A DNA stretch of 64,000 bases. It comes from Lingula anatina. Taxonomy: Eukaryota; Animalia; Brachiopoda. The position numbers and the translations under genes are program-made. Under the pieces are notes generated by a model. It was not told the origin of the DNA and searched no databases. It saw only the letters and a list, made by a program, of their open reading frames with translations. Below are positions 37,292-51,353 of the stretch, in pieces. The stretch lies in NCBI GenBank assembly GCA_051362555.1, contig CM120645.1, positions 21,018,001 to 21,082,000 of the forward strand. The letters are read 5' to 3'. Each line of letters begins with the position of its first letter. Positions within the stretch are counted from its first letter, which is position 1.

Positions 37292-40039
37292 TTTGTCGCC
37301 CTGATCTTCGAATATTTGAAATTTAATACAGCTTTAAATGTCTACTTTTCCGATTTTGGACGCGCTTTGCTTGAGTAGATCTCAAGATAATGCTTCAAAG
37401 CATTAAATAATCTATGTAACTTGACGTAGCAAAGGAGCAATTGTCTTCACGAATCAGATTTGGGTGACCATGGCTCAAAAATAAATTTCCTTTCCTTTTT
37501 TTTCCAGCAATAAACCCTTGCCCCAAATTTCCGAAAAAAAAAGTTTTTTTTTAGCTCAAAAAGGCCTGTTGATATGGCACCAGGAAAATCTTAATTTTTG
37601 GCCTATTTGGTCCCGCAGAAAATATTCTTTTCCAAATTTGGTCGTTTTTTATCAAAAACCAAAACCAACGTTTTGCATAGGAGATTTTGACCCTCGTCCA
37701 ATTCTTCAAAATAATGATGTTTACATGAACTTTATGGTCGAGTGTATTGACAGCTGATAGCACTTGTTGTGCAAGAACGCATTAAATTTATTGCACTTTC
37801 CACGTTTGAAAACCACAGATCCTTTATTTTGAGTGCTTTTAAAGTTTAATTTCCATAAGACCAGTACATCAAACTTTCCATTACTATACCTATTCATTTT
37901 AACACAAATGTTGACAAAATTATTTCACCTAATGCGATATGTAAACGAATAGATTATGTTACAATTCATTTTGTATAATGCTTGCACGACAAGTATTAGA
38001 TTAAGTTAATAATATTTTGAACGCAGAATCTATATGAAATTTTGGCGACTACCACTACTTTACAGATTGACTGACGTATGACTCCCTATCACGACACTGA
38101 CCACGACCTTCTTCAGACAGTTATTTGAATACTAAGTATTTCTACAATTTATGACTTTGGACGAAAAATAAAACTTTGTTGTCTTTCTCGTCCAAAATAT
38201 GACCAACATCCCATTAAGTATACTTTTGCTGATATTTTCCCGAAAAAATACGCCACATTTCTCAGTAAAGATCCAACATAATTTTCCACATCAGGCCTAT
38301 ACAGTGATAGAACTTGTAAACAGGAATAGATTTTCCATTTTATACCATAAATATGATCAAGAATGCATTGCCAATGGTTTGTTCGTTCAAATGTGTCTTG
38401 CAAATGATTGTTTCAACCTCGCTTTGAAGTCAAGGTGGTGTAGAGAGCCAAACGATTACGTGACAGAAAGAGTAGTAGTCGTCGTCTGCGCTGGCTACAT
38501 GCATTGTGGAAATCTGCAGCATTAGAAATAAAAAATGTATACCTAATTTCCATCTTGAAGAAAGGTGAATTCCAATTTCGCATACTGAATTTAGACGCTG
38601 TGTCGTTGTGGCTTTATGTATGATAAAATATGTTTGGTAACAGAATGGAAAAAAATTACCATAGTTTCTTCCTTGAAGTAAATTAAGAATAATTCACATT
38701 CAGTGTTTTAGCACATTCAACGAGAACATAAGAAAACTCTCTCTGATATATGGATTTTACAACACTGTATTTGTTGAAGATTATTCTACATGTACAATGT
38801 GTGAAATGTGGATACGCGTTCAGTAGCAGTATAAGTATGGAGCATTTTAAAATTTTAATCTATAGTATGAAGCATTTTTAAATTTATAACCTTGTGTTAA
38901 CATTGCTACTTATATAGTTATAAATTAACAATATTTAATAGATTAGGACAGATGAATTTACATAAGTTTGTGAACGTGTTCAACATGAAATTATAACTTA
39001 GAAGACAAGACAGAAGTCACAAGGGAAAAAAACTATGCTTTTATTATTCAGATTTAAGACATTTTCAGATATCACGTCTTAATTTATCTGCACGTTCACG
39101 ATACTGGATAACGACAATGGGTTATCATCTTTGAAGTCTGTCAAAATATTCTTAAGTGTTGGATTACAATGGGGGTGCTTTCATGTGAAAGGGGATGGAT
39201 TTGTCTTATTATAACAACCAATTTTTTGTTTCCAAACATTGCTGCGTATTTTAAACCCATTAATTCTTAGCCGAAAGTGACACTCAAACAGCGTTTAAAT
39301 GTGGGACACAGACTTTCCAGTCTGTTTTCCAGGGATGCATGTACATTATGGAAAAGACAGCGCTCAGAATACTATTGTCATGGTTTTTGTCATCTCAGGG
39401 ATCATTTACGGCAGACACATTAGAGAAATACAAATTTTTTCTTCGTCGCAAATTAGATGGGTGAAGAAGACGGGTTATTGTGCGTTACCATTGTTTCAAT
39501 TTCAACATCAGTACAAAGAATGATCTACCATACACGTGAACTGAACATATCGTTCAATTTCGGGGTTAAAATACCTGACATACACTCTGCCTTCCATAAA
39601 ACAACAAGGTGTAAGGTATCCTGTCATCTGAGCGTATAATCACAGGCGTTATGACCCAATCCTGTTGTTACCCAGTATCGTGGATGTGCAGATATCTATA
39701 TTATCCAATTATTTTATTTATGTATGGATGCAACAAGCAGGAAGTTTGAATTAAACTTAACATATAAGAAGGGAAAAAATACTCAACCATTCGATATTGC
39801 GATCGGTACTACCGAATTTCAACATTGACGTGGCTGGTAACGACTGACATTAAATCTCTCCTACTGACATACCCGTCTGACCAGTCAAATGACCAGCCCA
39901 TTTGGGGGAGTGACTCTCGCCTTCCTGTTGAAAATCGGTTGTACGGATCGCAACGTTGGATCGTTGCGTTATTACTGCACATAAGACAAGCATTAGCTTT
40001 ATTTTTATTTTGCATGTATACGATATCATTCTACTGCAT

Positions 40040-40477
40040 AAACCAGGTCAGATTTACTCTCTTCAATTGTGCAGAGTGATAGTAAGATAAATATGACGTT
40101 CAGATATCGATATGGATGTATGTATTGTTTGTAAGTGTGGGAAAATGCAAACAGAGCTACATGTTATACGCAAATGCGAGCTCACATCAGTGACGCGTTC
40201 AGCCTACCCTGAGCTGTTATTTAGGGGATCTATTTTCAAAGAACAATTTGCACTTAGTCGTTCCATATGTATACAAGGTCTTGAAAATATCAGAAACGTA
40301 GCTTTTAAAAACGGTGTACCGAACTATAAGTTTTTGTCATGGTAGTGTATTGCGCTACATATTATACTTGTAATGCCTATATTGATCATTTATCCCTGTA
40401 TGTAATGTTCTGCACGCTAGATATTTATTATGTAATCATACGCATACAGTGATGATAACTACTACTACTACTACTAT

Positions 40478-40524
<47 letters not shown>
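40040..40524 (+). mobile_element. Degenerate 3' end of a non-LTR retrotransposon with a (CTA)n tail
   Basis: CKCGKMQTELHVIRKCELTSVTR resembles the CCHC knuckle at the end of LINE ORF2. It is followed by a short UTR and a (ACT)n run at 40457-40524. Confidence 0.5.
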
Positions 40525-40976
40525 TTGAAACAGTTAAGAGATAAGGACTATAAAAGCAAAATCTTATCTGCGGTGAGGGGGCAAGATAACTAAATATTGA
40601 AATTTTTAGGCGGTCATGACATTATTGTTCATGTGAAAACAATGCAACTATATCTGGATGACTGCGATAAGACCAAATCAGTAGGTACATGTACACTCCA
40701 AGAGAGATCTCTGAAGTTTGTTAATGTATTAAATACTTTAATGTAGTTTTTTGACAAACTACAAATATCCCTATCGTGGGGTACCAAACCACCTGATTAA
40801 CATGAATGAGAATTTAAACGAAGTGAAAATTGGCTTTATCCAGTGATCGACGGTGAAAACATTGTATCAATTTACGGACATGTAATTGCACATCCTGTTG
40901 TTATATCTTATTAATATTATATCATCTATTTCTGCACAAGTGCATTTTAGTAATGACTACATGTATATACAATATA

Positions 40977-42293
40977 CACTGATGCTCATAAGTTAAGCAA
41001 CACCCCGATTTTTTCAAAAGTTTCTTCTGTCATGAACATTATTTCATTTGTTGGTGGGGTTATGCATATTTCTTTCATATTTTATAAATGACATATTAAA
41101 TTTGAATATTTCGGGTAAAGAAATACACAATATAGCTTATTGTAATAATCAAAATAACTTTATTAACCAAACGGTACTAAAATATGCCAAATCATGTGTC
41201 AAAAAAGTATGCTCACACAGCAAAAAGTACGTGATGATTAAAACAGCTTATTATGAAAAAATAAAGTTCGATCATCTAAGAATTAGTTTTAATAAAAGAA
41301 GACTGTAGATAATAGATGATTAATCGTCTATTATGCAATAAATATCGGGTGTGCCTTCCCTGGTTTTGAACAACAGCTTCACATTGTCTCCTGCAACTTG
41401 CCACCAAATTCTGCCAATCTTGCTTTGAGAGCCGGTTCCATTCTTCATTTACTGCATGCTGGACCTCTTTAATGTTTCTAACTGGAGGTTGTCTCTCATT
41501 TACTGCCCTGTCAATCATATCCTAAGCATGTTCTATTACATTTAGAATTGGTAAATATGCAGGCCAATCCAAATGTGGGATACCGCGCTGTTGCAGCGCG
41601 TCTTGCACGGACCATGCTTTCTGGATGGGCGCATTGTCCTGCACCAAAATGATTTTTCTTTCTGGATTTGCTTGAGTGTGTGATTGTATGCACCCCAATG
41701 GTCTTTCGTCTCTGTATTGTTGACCAGGGCACCTCCCTTGAATGACGTACGGTGGCAATTTTTCATTGTTTGGTTGATATGAACTGGCCCTGGTGGCATA
41801 ATCGAACCAGATATCTTCATCTCTTGCGTCGGTTAATATTATTCTACCAGAAAGAGGCTTGTCCAATACATGATGAGTTGGGCGCCATTTTGCTACCAGC
41901 TTGGACACTTGACTTGGTGCTACTTTTTTGTTGCCTTGCAATCTGTCTCTTTGGCACCGCAGCACGATGGCTTCCCATTATTTGCCATCTGATTACCTCG
42001 TTGAGTCCTCTTCTAACCATTGCTTGGTCCAAAATAACAAATTGTGCCCATGAAATAAGGCCAAACTGGAAGCTCCTCATGGCATGACCAAACTGTGTTT
42101 TTCGCAAGTGGGACCCCCATTGCATATTCTATCGTGTCCAACAGTAAATAGTACTCTAATGTCACGGTCCAGTAAGTCAAAGTAAAAACAAGAGAAATAT
42201 CTAGCTATTGTACAAATTTTGCCTCAATAAAATTTTTGGTTGCTGAGAAATTCGAGAAATAAGAAAGTGTTGCTTAACTTATGAGCATCAGTG
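40977..42293 (-). mobile_element. Tc1/mariner element with internally deleted, frameshifted transposase
   Basis: 27-bp TIR CACTGATGCTCATAAGTTAAGCAACAC with TA TSDs. Minus-strand fragments include an HTH-like RQIAR...VSKLVAKW...SGR, plus QDNAP, LDWPAYLPILNVIEHA (degenerate WPxxSPDLNPIE) and EAVVQNQGRHTRY. Confidence 0.93.
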
Positions 42294-43332
42294 TATTTGG
42301 CTTAAAGGAATTTATGTTGTCTGAATATACGAGGTACAATGTTGCACGGTTTTAAAGCAGTATGACATTTGATAAGTGGAAATTTAAAGTATGGTAATAA
42401 ATTTACGAAGATCAGACGTTATCATTTGTTGATCTTTCTCTCTCTCTCTCTCAAATGGAATGAGAAATTCCATTCAATTAAAAAGAAAGAAACGGTAAGC
42501 GTAAAAGACCAATCATTTTTATTTGACAGCATTTTAAGCTAAAATCTTCTACCAACTTTCGGTTTTATATGGAAGCGTATAAGTGCCACAACACACAACA
42601 AAATCACTCAACACACAACACAATTTCAACACGACACATTTAACTTTTCGACACAACACCAAAGAAAATCGCAACACAACACATTAACTTCTCGACACAA
42701 CGGAAATAGATGGCGCTTTCGGCGCGGACGTCTTGGAAAAGCCGCGAAAACCCACAGAACGATTATGTGATTGTTTCCTTATTTTCTCAAGGCATTTATA
42801 ATAATGTGTCACTTTTGGGTCCAGGAAAAGCGCACTTTTGAAAACATTGTATTACAGAGAAGTTTTTTAAAATATCAGATAATCTGTTGTGAATGTTGCA
42901 TATTCAATGCTGTGTGTGTGTGTGTGTATTGAGGGGGGTGGGGGGGGGGGGGTATTGATGTTGAGAGTATTGAAGCCGGGGGATATATCGTTACTTGTTC
43001 CTGTGCTCACATAAATTGAAATTCTAATATTGTAAATGCAACATAAACATTTGATAATCAATGCAATGTATCTTATCTAAATTATTTAGTACAGTAAATG
43101 TATTCTAACACTTGCAATTTTGCTCTTTATGCTTGTAAGCATGTAATCTCAAGGGCTGTTCTATATAATTAATATATTAATAATAGCATAAAAACATCAC
43201 ATACTGTTAAAAATAACATGTTGTCTATCTGGCTGTTACAATATTGGAATTTCAATTCATGTGAGCACAGGAACAAGTTTTGTTTTATTCAGTTTAATTT
43301 GGAAATGTCAAATAGTGTATGCAGTGTCAAAT

Positions 43333-45461
43333 AGAGCGCTGAAGTTTCGGTTTTTCAAAAAGTCGTTTTTCGAAAAACGATTCTGGCAGCCAGAAACTAG
43401 TGTCGTTTTTCAAAAAAGATTCTGAGAAGCCAAAATCGTTCTTGCAAAGAGAAACAGGGGCGGAGGAAGTGAGAGGCAACCTGTGAATATTATTTTCTAC
43501 CGCGACCAGTTAACCCTCACCGTGGAAGCCTCTCCTCACCGTGCGCTGAGACCGAGACGGTAGTCGGTTATCTCCTTCGACGTACAGGTAGCAATCACCG
43601 CTGAACTATTGTTTAGGTGGGGTTAGGGGGGGGGGGTGAGGGGGGAAAGCCCCACCACTCCCCGGGATCTCACTAGGTAGTTTGAACCTAGTGAAGTATA
43701 ATTTTTTATTTTATTGAATTTTTCAAAAACGATTCTGATGCCCAGAGACCAGTGTCGTTTTTCGAAAAACGATTCTGGCAGCCAGAAACTAGTGTCGTTT
43801 TTCAAAAACGATTCTGAGATGCCAAAATCGTATTTGCGGAGAGAAACAGGGGTGGACGCAGGGAGAAGCAAGCAGCAGCAAGTATACCGCGACTAGGTAA
43901 TTACCCTCATCGCGATTCTTACGGTATCTCTTCGACGTGCGCTGAGACCGACACGGTCGCCGATTATTGCCTACGGGGTACGAGCAACCCTCATCGCAGA
44001 ATCTTGCTAGGGTGTTTACGGTGTTACGGTCTTTCCTTGCCGCGCTGGGAGGCCAAGTTGACCGTCTGTACCAGTCACAGTCAGCCTGCACAGCGGAAGC
44101 CGGGAAGTGGGGGTGGGGGAATAAGGGTGAGGTTGAAGAGGGGGAAGGCCCCCCCGGGGACTCCCTTTGTAGTTTGAAATATAATTTTTAATTTTATTGC
44201 ATTTTTGAAAAGGGTTCTGATGCCGAGAAACCAGTGTCGTTTTTCGAAAAACGATCTAGTGTCGTTTTTCAAAAACGATTCTGGCAACCAGAAACGAGTG
44301 TCGTTTTTCGAAAAACGATTCCGGCAACTAGAAAGTAGTGTCGCTTTTCAAAAACGATTCTGAGAGAAGCCAGAATTGTTTTTGCAAAGAAAAACAGGTA
44401 AGGGGTGGACAGAGGGAAAGGCAACCGGCATGCTACCGCAACCAGGTAACTCTCATCTCGGAAGCCGGGCAATGTGTTACGAACTCTCAGCGCCGTGTGG
44501 TGAGACGGAGACGCCCTCTGATAAGCGTCTACAGTGCACAAGTAGCCTTCACTGCGGAAGCCTTGCAGGGTGTTTAGGTTGGTGGGAGAAGGCGGGGTTG
44601 AGGGTTAGGTTGGGTTAGATGCCCAAAAAGCAGTGTCGTTTTTTTTAAAAAACGATTCTGGCAACCAGAAACTAGTTTCGTTCTTCAAAAACGATTCTAA
44701 GAAGCCAGAATAGTTTTTTTACGGGGAGAAACAGGAGTGGACAGAGTAGAGGCAACGCGCGATTAAAGTCTACCGTGACCAGGTAACCTTCTCTGCGGAA
44801 GTTGGAAAGGGTGTTATACGTTCTCTTCTCGTCGTGCGCTGAGACCGAGACGGTAGCGGTCAGTGAAATGTGTCTTTTTTTAAAAAACGATTCTGAAAAG
44901 CCAGAATCTTTTTTTTTTTCAATAAAATTAAAAATGATGCCTCAAACTACAAAGGAAGAACCTGGGGGCCCTTCCCCCTCCTCACTCTCTTCCGCCAACC
45001 CCAACCCCACCAAAACACCCTTCACGGTTTTCGCTGTAAAGGCGGCCTGTGCCTCGTAGAGGCGGTCATCTAGTCTTCAGTGCACGGCGAGAAAAAAACC
45101 AAAACTCCCTGAATACCCTGCCCGGCATCGGCAGTGAAAGCTGCTTGTGCGCCGTAGGCAATGATCAGCGACCGTCTCGGTCTCAGCGCACGGTGAGGAG
45201 AGACCGTAACACCCTGTCCGGCTTTCACAGTGAGAGTTACCTAGTCGCGGTACACGCACACCGCTGGTTGCCTCTCCCTCTGCTCACCCCTGTTTCTCTC
45301 CGCAAAAATTATTCTGGCTTTTCAGCATCGTTTTTGAAAAACGAAACTAGTTTCTGGTTGCCAGGTTCGTTTTTGAAAAATGACACTAGTTTCTGGTTGC
45401 CAGGTTTGTTTTTGAAAAATGAAACTGGAAACTAGAAACTAGACACTAACTTCAGCGCTCC
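43333..45461. mobile_element. Mutator/Foldback-like non-autonomous element with modular internal repeats
   Basis: TIR (A/G)GAGCGCTGAAGTT with 9-bp TSD GTGTCAAAT. It contains many copies of CTAGTGTCGTTTTTCAAAAACGATTCTGGCA(A/G)CCAGAAA within about four direct 400-550-bp modules and one inverted module at the right end. Confidence 0.85.
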
Positions 45462-45511
45462 GTGTCAAATTACAAGTTCGGTGTTACTATTTACTATGAA
45501 ATGCTAGTTAA

Positions 45512-45848
45512 AGGGATAATAACTCTTCGTATGAGATCTATATTTCACAATAAAAACATTGTGAATAACTCATAGAAATATAATATATTCTGTTTTACCA
45601 CAAAAATGGCAATTATAGCTATTATTCTGATATCTGAGCTTGTCTTTAGACCACGTGACCTCCATTGATGGCTATACTCTGTTAAAATCTCTTAAGAGAT
45701 TTTAACAAAAAACCAAACTTTAAAGAAAAAAACCAGGGACAAACTTTGAATGTAAAAATGGATTCATTAATCATTGGTAAGTATGGGAAAATTGTTGTTT
45801 ACTCCAGGAAAATTCATTTTTTGGCCGAAACGAAGAGTTATTATCCCT
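45512..45848. mobile_element. Kolobok-type MITE
   Basis: 19-bp TIR AGGGATAATAACTCTTCGT with TTAA TSD on both sides. Confidence 0.85.
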
Positions 45849-48428
45849 TTAATGAAGTACAGATGTGCATTGAATGTATAAATTGTCACATATGATATTG
45901 GTCGGTCTGAGTACAATTAGAACACTAGCTAAAGTTTTTAGATTATTTTTATTATTTTTAATTTTAATCAATTATTCTTATTTTCTGTAATTTTGGGTTT
46001 ATTTTTTTTTTTTGTTTTAGATTCACGGTAGGCCTATACTATTTTTCAGGTCAGCTGATAATTTGAATGAACCTGTTACTGTTTATAAGTGAAGAAAATT
46101 TTCTAAAATTTCATAATTATCCACTTTTATTTTCCGTCAAATCCGCACCGATTGTCCCCAGCTAATATATCCCCCGGTTGTGTCGAGAAGTTAATGTGTT
46201 GTGTTGAAATAATGTTGTGTGTTGAGTGATTTTGTTGAGTGTTGTGGCACTTATACGCTTCCACAGTTTTAACTTTTTAAAGTTAAAAGACAAATGGGCG
46301 GCAATCCTCAACAATCCTACATCCGCCATTGTGCCTAGTTATACACTTCCATTCGCAGCTACCGCACTGACAATAAGCAATCACATCTAACGCATTGGTG
46401 TCGACCATCCAGGATTTACCGGTGATCTTTTTCTTTGCGTAACGGACCACCAGACGTTACTTGTCAAACTTCAGGGTCACTTTTCAGGTGATCTCTGTTA
46501 TTCAAGAGGAGCGCGTTCCTTTTTAAGGCACTGGTTTTAACACTAAGGTACTAGCGTTTCCCTGTTTGGTTGTTTGGAACTGGCCGGGGAGGGGGCGGAG
46601 GAGGAGGGGGGGGGGGACAGGGAGCACCACACCACGAGAAATGAAAATACCCTTTTTATTTAAGGGACTAGAATACCGAACAATATTGCTTATATAGACA
46701 GGTTTGATTTCCAGAGGGAAGTGGGGATTAAGTGTGAGAATTAACAAGCATGGCGTAAGATTGCACGGATGTTCGAGTCAGTTTGTTTGATTGGAATGGA
46801 AAAGTCACAGCCACGAGCCGACTAGAGGCTAAGTCTGGAATTTTCCACGGAGAAACGCGCAAGGGAAATTAAAAGTGATCTCTCGCCCCTACCCCGTGTG
46901 CGTCTGCTACATGCACACTGATGTATAAATACAACTTGATCTTGTTTGCGTCATATAGTGTCGTTCGGAGCACACCTTTCCATAAGAAAAGGTCGCGTTC
47001 ACACTTGATCCGCACGGAGCGAATTTAAATTAGTTTTAATGACGCACATTCCCTCTCAATAGCTCTAACATTAATTTATTCTAGCTATGTGTACGTCCTT
47101 GAATACAATACGAGAGAGATTAAGCCAGTTGTTAATTGTGCCAATCAGACAAGATTGCGGATTAAGCTTCAACGTAATGTGGATCGAATCAGAGCGTAGT
47201 GTGGAGAGGCCCAACACGCAGAGAAAGTTGGTGTATCAAAAGGCTATCACTGACCCCTTTAACGTAAAACAACTGCCCTAATTTATCAAAATCAACTGAC
47301 AAGTGTAATTTTTGTCATCACTGCGTTTCCACCCGGAGGCGGCACAATAGCATAGTTGGCCGTTGGATTCCCAACGCTGAATTAAAACGGCGGGTTTCTG
47401 CACCGTTTAATTTGCATGGCTATTTCGAGTAGGGGGTTCAGTTTGCGCAGAGGATCATGACATCTAGCAAGCAAACGTCAACGGGGCTATCAAATAAATG
47501 ACGTGAACCTTTGTGTGCAAAATTTACGATTTATATCAGGAGTTCAATTGCGAATGCCCTGACTAAACATAATACTGTTTGCTGATAAATAATCCGGCTT
47601 GAGACGGAGGCCCTGCGGAGAAAGGGTTGTCCAGTTAGCAAGCAAAGAACATTGGTGCTCGAGAGTGCTAGGAAGTCGGACGGAGGGTCGTAAAAAGGTT
47701 GACATTTCGGCTCACAAGAATAACACTGAAAAAGACACGAGGGAAAGAGAATATCAGACAAGCTAGACAGGTTGGCGCATCGGAAGAGTAACGAGGACAC
47801 GAAGGGTATACCACGCACGGAGTAGAACCTGTTCTCTCGAAATTCCTCCTCTCGTGTGCTTTCACTCTGCTGACAGATCGTCTGACTGATTTAGTAACGG
47901 GTCCCTCTGAGGGAGATTCAGATATATATCTAGTCCGAGGAGGTGCTGTTTGGGAAAGGAAGAGACTGGGGTAAACTGCGACGAACGGGTCTCTAGAGGT
48001 GAAAGGTCGAAGTCACAAGGAGGCGGGTAGAAGGCAAAGTTATTAGGGAGATCTGTTGCTGATAATTTTTGACACGTCTGTGTCTCGGGGTTTGACGGTG
48101 AAAAGAGAGAGGGAGTTTATAGGCTGTAGGGTTTAACACGCGAACGCCAAGTATGTGACTGTTTGCGGCAGACGATATCCTTTCATTTGGACGAGAGCAG
48201 ACGATCGCGACAAGTGTGGAAAAATAGCAGACGACAGGCCGTGGAAACTGGAGTAAAATTGTGTGCGAAGCGATGAATTCTTGGGATTTATTCTGCTCGT
48301 TCGGTGGAAACTTTACGAGTGCCATTTACAGCCTGGAGAATTGAGGAAGAAATCCAATATCAAAATAGAGTGCCATCGAGCTGACGGCCTTTTGCAATTT
48401 TTTTCCAAGATACATACATTTCACCGCA

Positions 48429-48480
48429 ATGGAATTCCGAATATCGATGTTGTACAGTATCCTCTCCGTACTTCTCTACG
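48429..48480 (+). CDS. First coding exon (signal peptide MEFRISMLYSILSVLLY...) of an unidentified secreted or membrane protein; rest of gene apparently outside the window
   Basis: Good Kozak context gcaATGG, basic n-region plus hydrophobic h-region, and a perfect phase-1 donor G|GTAAGT at 48481. It follows a GC/CpG-richer, ATG-poor leader (no ATG from 47557 to 48152). No convincing downstream exon was found. Confidence 0.55.
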
Positions 48481-51307
48481 GTAAGTATAGTGATATTTCT
48501 CAGCAAGTGTTTTTAGTTAGTGCACGCTTTAATTAATACACAGGACCTCCAGAACATCAAACAGAAACACGTCGATGTACACAGCACAGAGTAAATTTAC
48601 AAGGACCGGGATTTCAATTGACTTTTTTTCCCTTCTTTTTCGATCGCACGTCGGGGTCATGGCGGTGAACCGAATACCCCATCTTTTGTCGAAGTTGAGA
48701 AGCTGTTCTGAAGAGACGGAAAACTATCTGCTAGAATAATTCGCCTTGATTAAGTACCTAAATGGTGTGGCTTCGTAAGTAGAGTTAGGTTTAATCAACC
48801 ACTGAATACACACACACACGACTTGCCCCGTTAAACGCTGAAATGAGTTAAACCGTTCTCGTACGCCGGCTCTCTTCTGACAGACGCAACTGTCGAAAAC
48901 ATCGTCCTTAATTTAGCAACACAGAAACAGCAGGCCAAGTTTATTTTGTTCCTTCTCATATTTGTGTATATCGGGCATTTCTCGTATGTCATCCGTTGAA
49001 ATACAAGGCTTGTTTCCTGGGAAGGTTTTAGTGTTCATCATAGGTCAACAGGTGTGAGTATTTCAACTACTCCGACCTAAATTTCTATAAATTAATATTA
49101 TTTTAAATATAGATTTTATAGCCGTTTTGTGAAACATACTTGCCTTGCTATTATAGGCGATTTCCCCACCCAGGGCTTTAGGTTATTACTTATCCCGTAT
49201 AGTTAATACGAGCATTAACTTCAAAGTATCCATATTTGTTTTCATAATGAATTAGCGTGCGCTAATTCCCTCCTAAGCTTTCTTTTTCCTGAGAAATCAT
49301 CTCTATTTTCACCTTTCTCTTGATAACTGCCCGAAGGTAATATTGCTACATATTCCAGAGACAATTAACATACAGAAGGGGTAATTACTGCATCTTTCCT
49401 GTATGAAAACGTCCAGTTTTACAAATATGGTTGCATGAATTGTGATATATTAGGCCTATTACAGTAATCGTAAGTTTATTGATGTATATACACCAGAGGT
49501 ATCTGTATCAGATAGACATAAAAGTGTGCATTATATAATAATAAATTTCTGATCTGCAACTTAAAGATAATTTTTGAAAACTTTCAGCGGCATAACTCTT
49601 GCTATAGCATGGGTTACTAACAATACGCATAAAAGCAATACATTTCACTTTAAAAGAAAAACACATACAGTTGGGATCTGTATTGCAGAGAATGGCCATA
49701 TATATACAAGAAATAAACCCCACATATTTCATGTATTACTAATACACTCAGTAAGGTACTTCCTTATATAAGCCATATATTATATATATTATTAAGCTCA
49801 TTTTATCTCATGAGCCAAGGCGAACAGCTCGATAATGTACTTAAGTATATAAATACATGAAAATATGACAGCAGGTTACAATATCGAGCAATACTTGCAT
49901 TAATCTACAATATAATAACCGCATAATTAAGAATTATCTCATGGAACTTAACTACAAGAAGTAAGTGCTGATGATGATGTCCATGATGATACTATTACTT
50001 AATGATGCTATAGAAACGCCCGTGTAGAGGGTATGTAGAGAGCGAGATCCCCTGGGACCCCGGGGTACAGACGCTATTTGTTTTATTACTCACTGGCAGA
50101 CAGCCCCGTGGTAGCAGAGATTTATTGAGGCAGGCTTTCGACTCTTTATTCACACTTAAGTATTAGTGTTCGTCTCTGGCATCACTAAACACGGTTTCAA
50201 AATAGATATGAAAAATAAATTCTAATAATAATAATGCAACCAATATATTTTTATATTATAAAGAATAATGATATTAAACATTGAATACATTATTAAAAAG
50301 GGCATCAAAATTGATGTAATTATGCCAAATACATAACTTGTGTTTTTTAATACTTTTGTCTTTTAATATTTTTTCCTCTTTATGCACACAATTTTGGCAA
50401 ATGTGACAATGTACCATTCTGAGCTCAATAAATTACTGCTATGGGGGAAAACTAAAAACCTTATATATTGTTAATATAGCATTATTTCCCAGCTAGTGAC
50501 GCACAGTATTCGATAAGTCCACACTTAAGGCCACAGGTGTAGAAGGCAGGGGATTTAGAAAAATTGCACCGACTGATCTCTCACAGCTCTGAGGTTAGAC
50601 ATCCGTCCGCAGCGTGGGGCGGGCATTGTTCCTTGTCGTCGTGGATAGAAGGACAATGGTTAGAATAACGCTAAGCATGCAGCGAGGCCACGATCGCTGC
50701 TAATTCGCCGTCAGTTTGAGAAATTATCTTGTCGCTTATTTAATGCGTTTGGATAACTGGTTCAGAAAATGACGGAGAAAATGGGGACCAATTTTAGACT
50801 TGATGAGCCTTCAGAGGTCATCCATCGGGCGCCGAGGGGGATCTTACATAACCTGACGTGGAACGTGGAGAAACTGACATAGAGGTTATCTCGTAATTTT
50901 GATGTGGAATGTTTTAAGGTGTTAGATACATGGAATAAAATTAGGTTGATCAAGTTACTTCGTTTATGCAGCTGTGCCTTATACCTGATATTCTGAATGG
51001 CTTCAAGCACCCAAGATACCACATATCCCGGATATAACGCCAGGTTTCATTGCATACACCAATGGAACACGTACATTGTTTCTAGAAATGCTTTTAAACG
51101 TAAGATACTAATGTGACTGATACATATGTAATGGATAAAGTGCAATCTGTATTTAAAAATGTAATAGAAAGTGAATAAAGAAACAAAAAACACGTTGTTA
51201 TTGACACAACCAATTTATATTTATTTGGCTTTCATTTCAATTTATTTTAAGGACGGTCACTTATTTGTACTGGTCTCTTATTTGTCAGTGATGTATCGCA
51301 CAGCAAC

Positions 51308-51353
<46 letters not shown>

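Larger units (their letters stand above)
42568..46265. mobile_element. Non-autonomous DNA transposon (6-bp TSD) hosting two nested elements
   Basis: TIR T(A/G)TGGAAGCGTATAAGTGCCACAACAC with CAACAC subterminal repeats; TSD GTTTTA (42562-42567 and 46266-46271). Superfamily not assigned. Confidence 0.8.

Noticed and set aside
43333-45461. Repeat-spacer-like pattern resembling a CRISPR array
   Set aside because: Eukaryotic context, no cas genes, the spacers are homologous to each other, and the block has TIRs with a 9-bp TSD, so it is a transposon interior.
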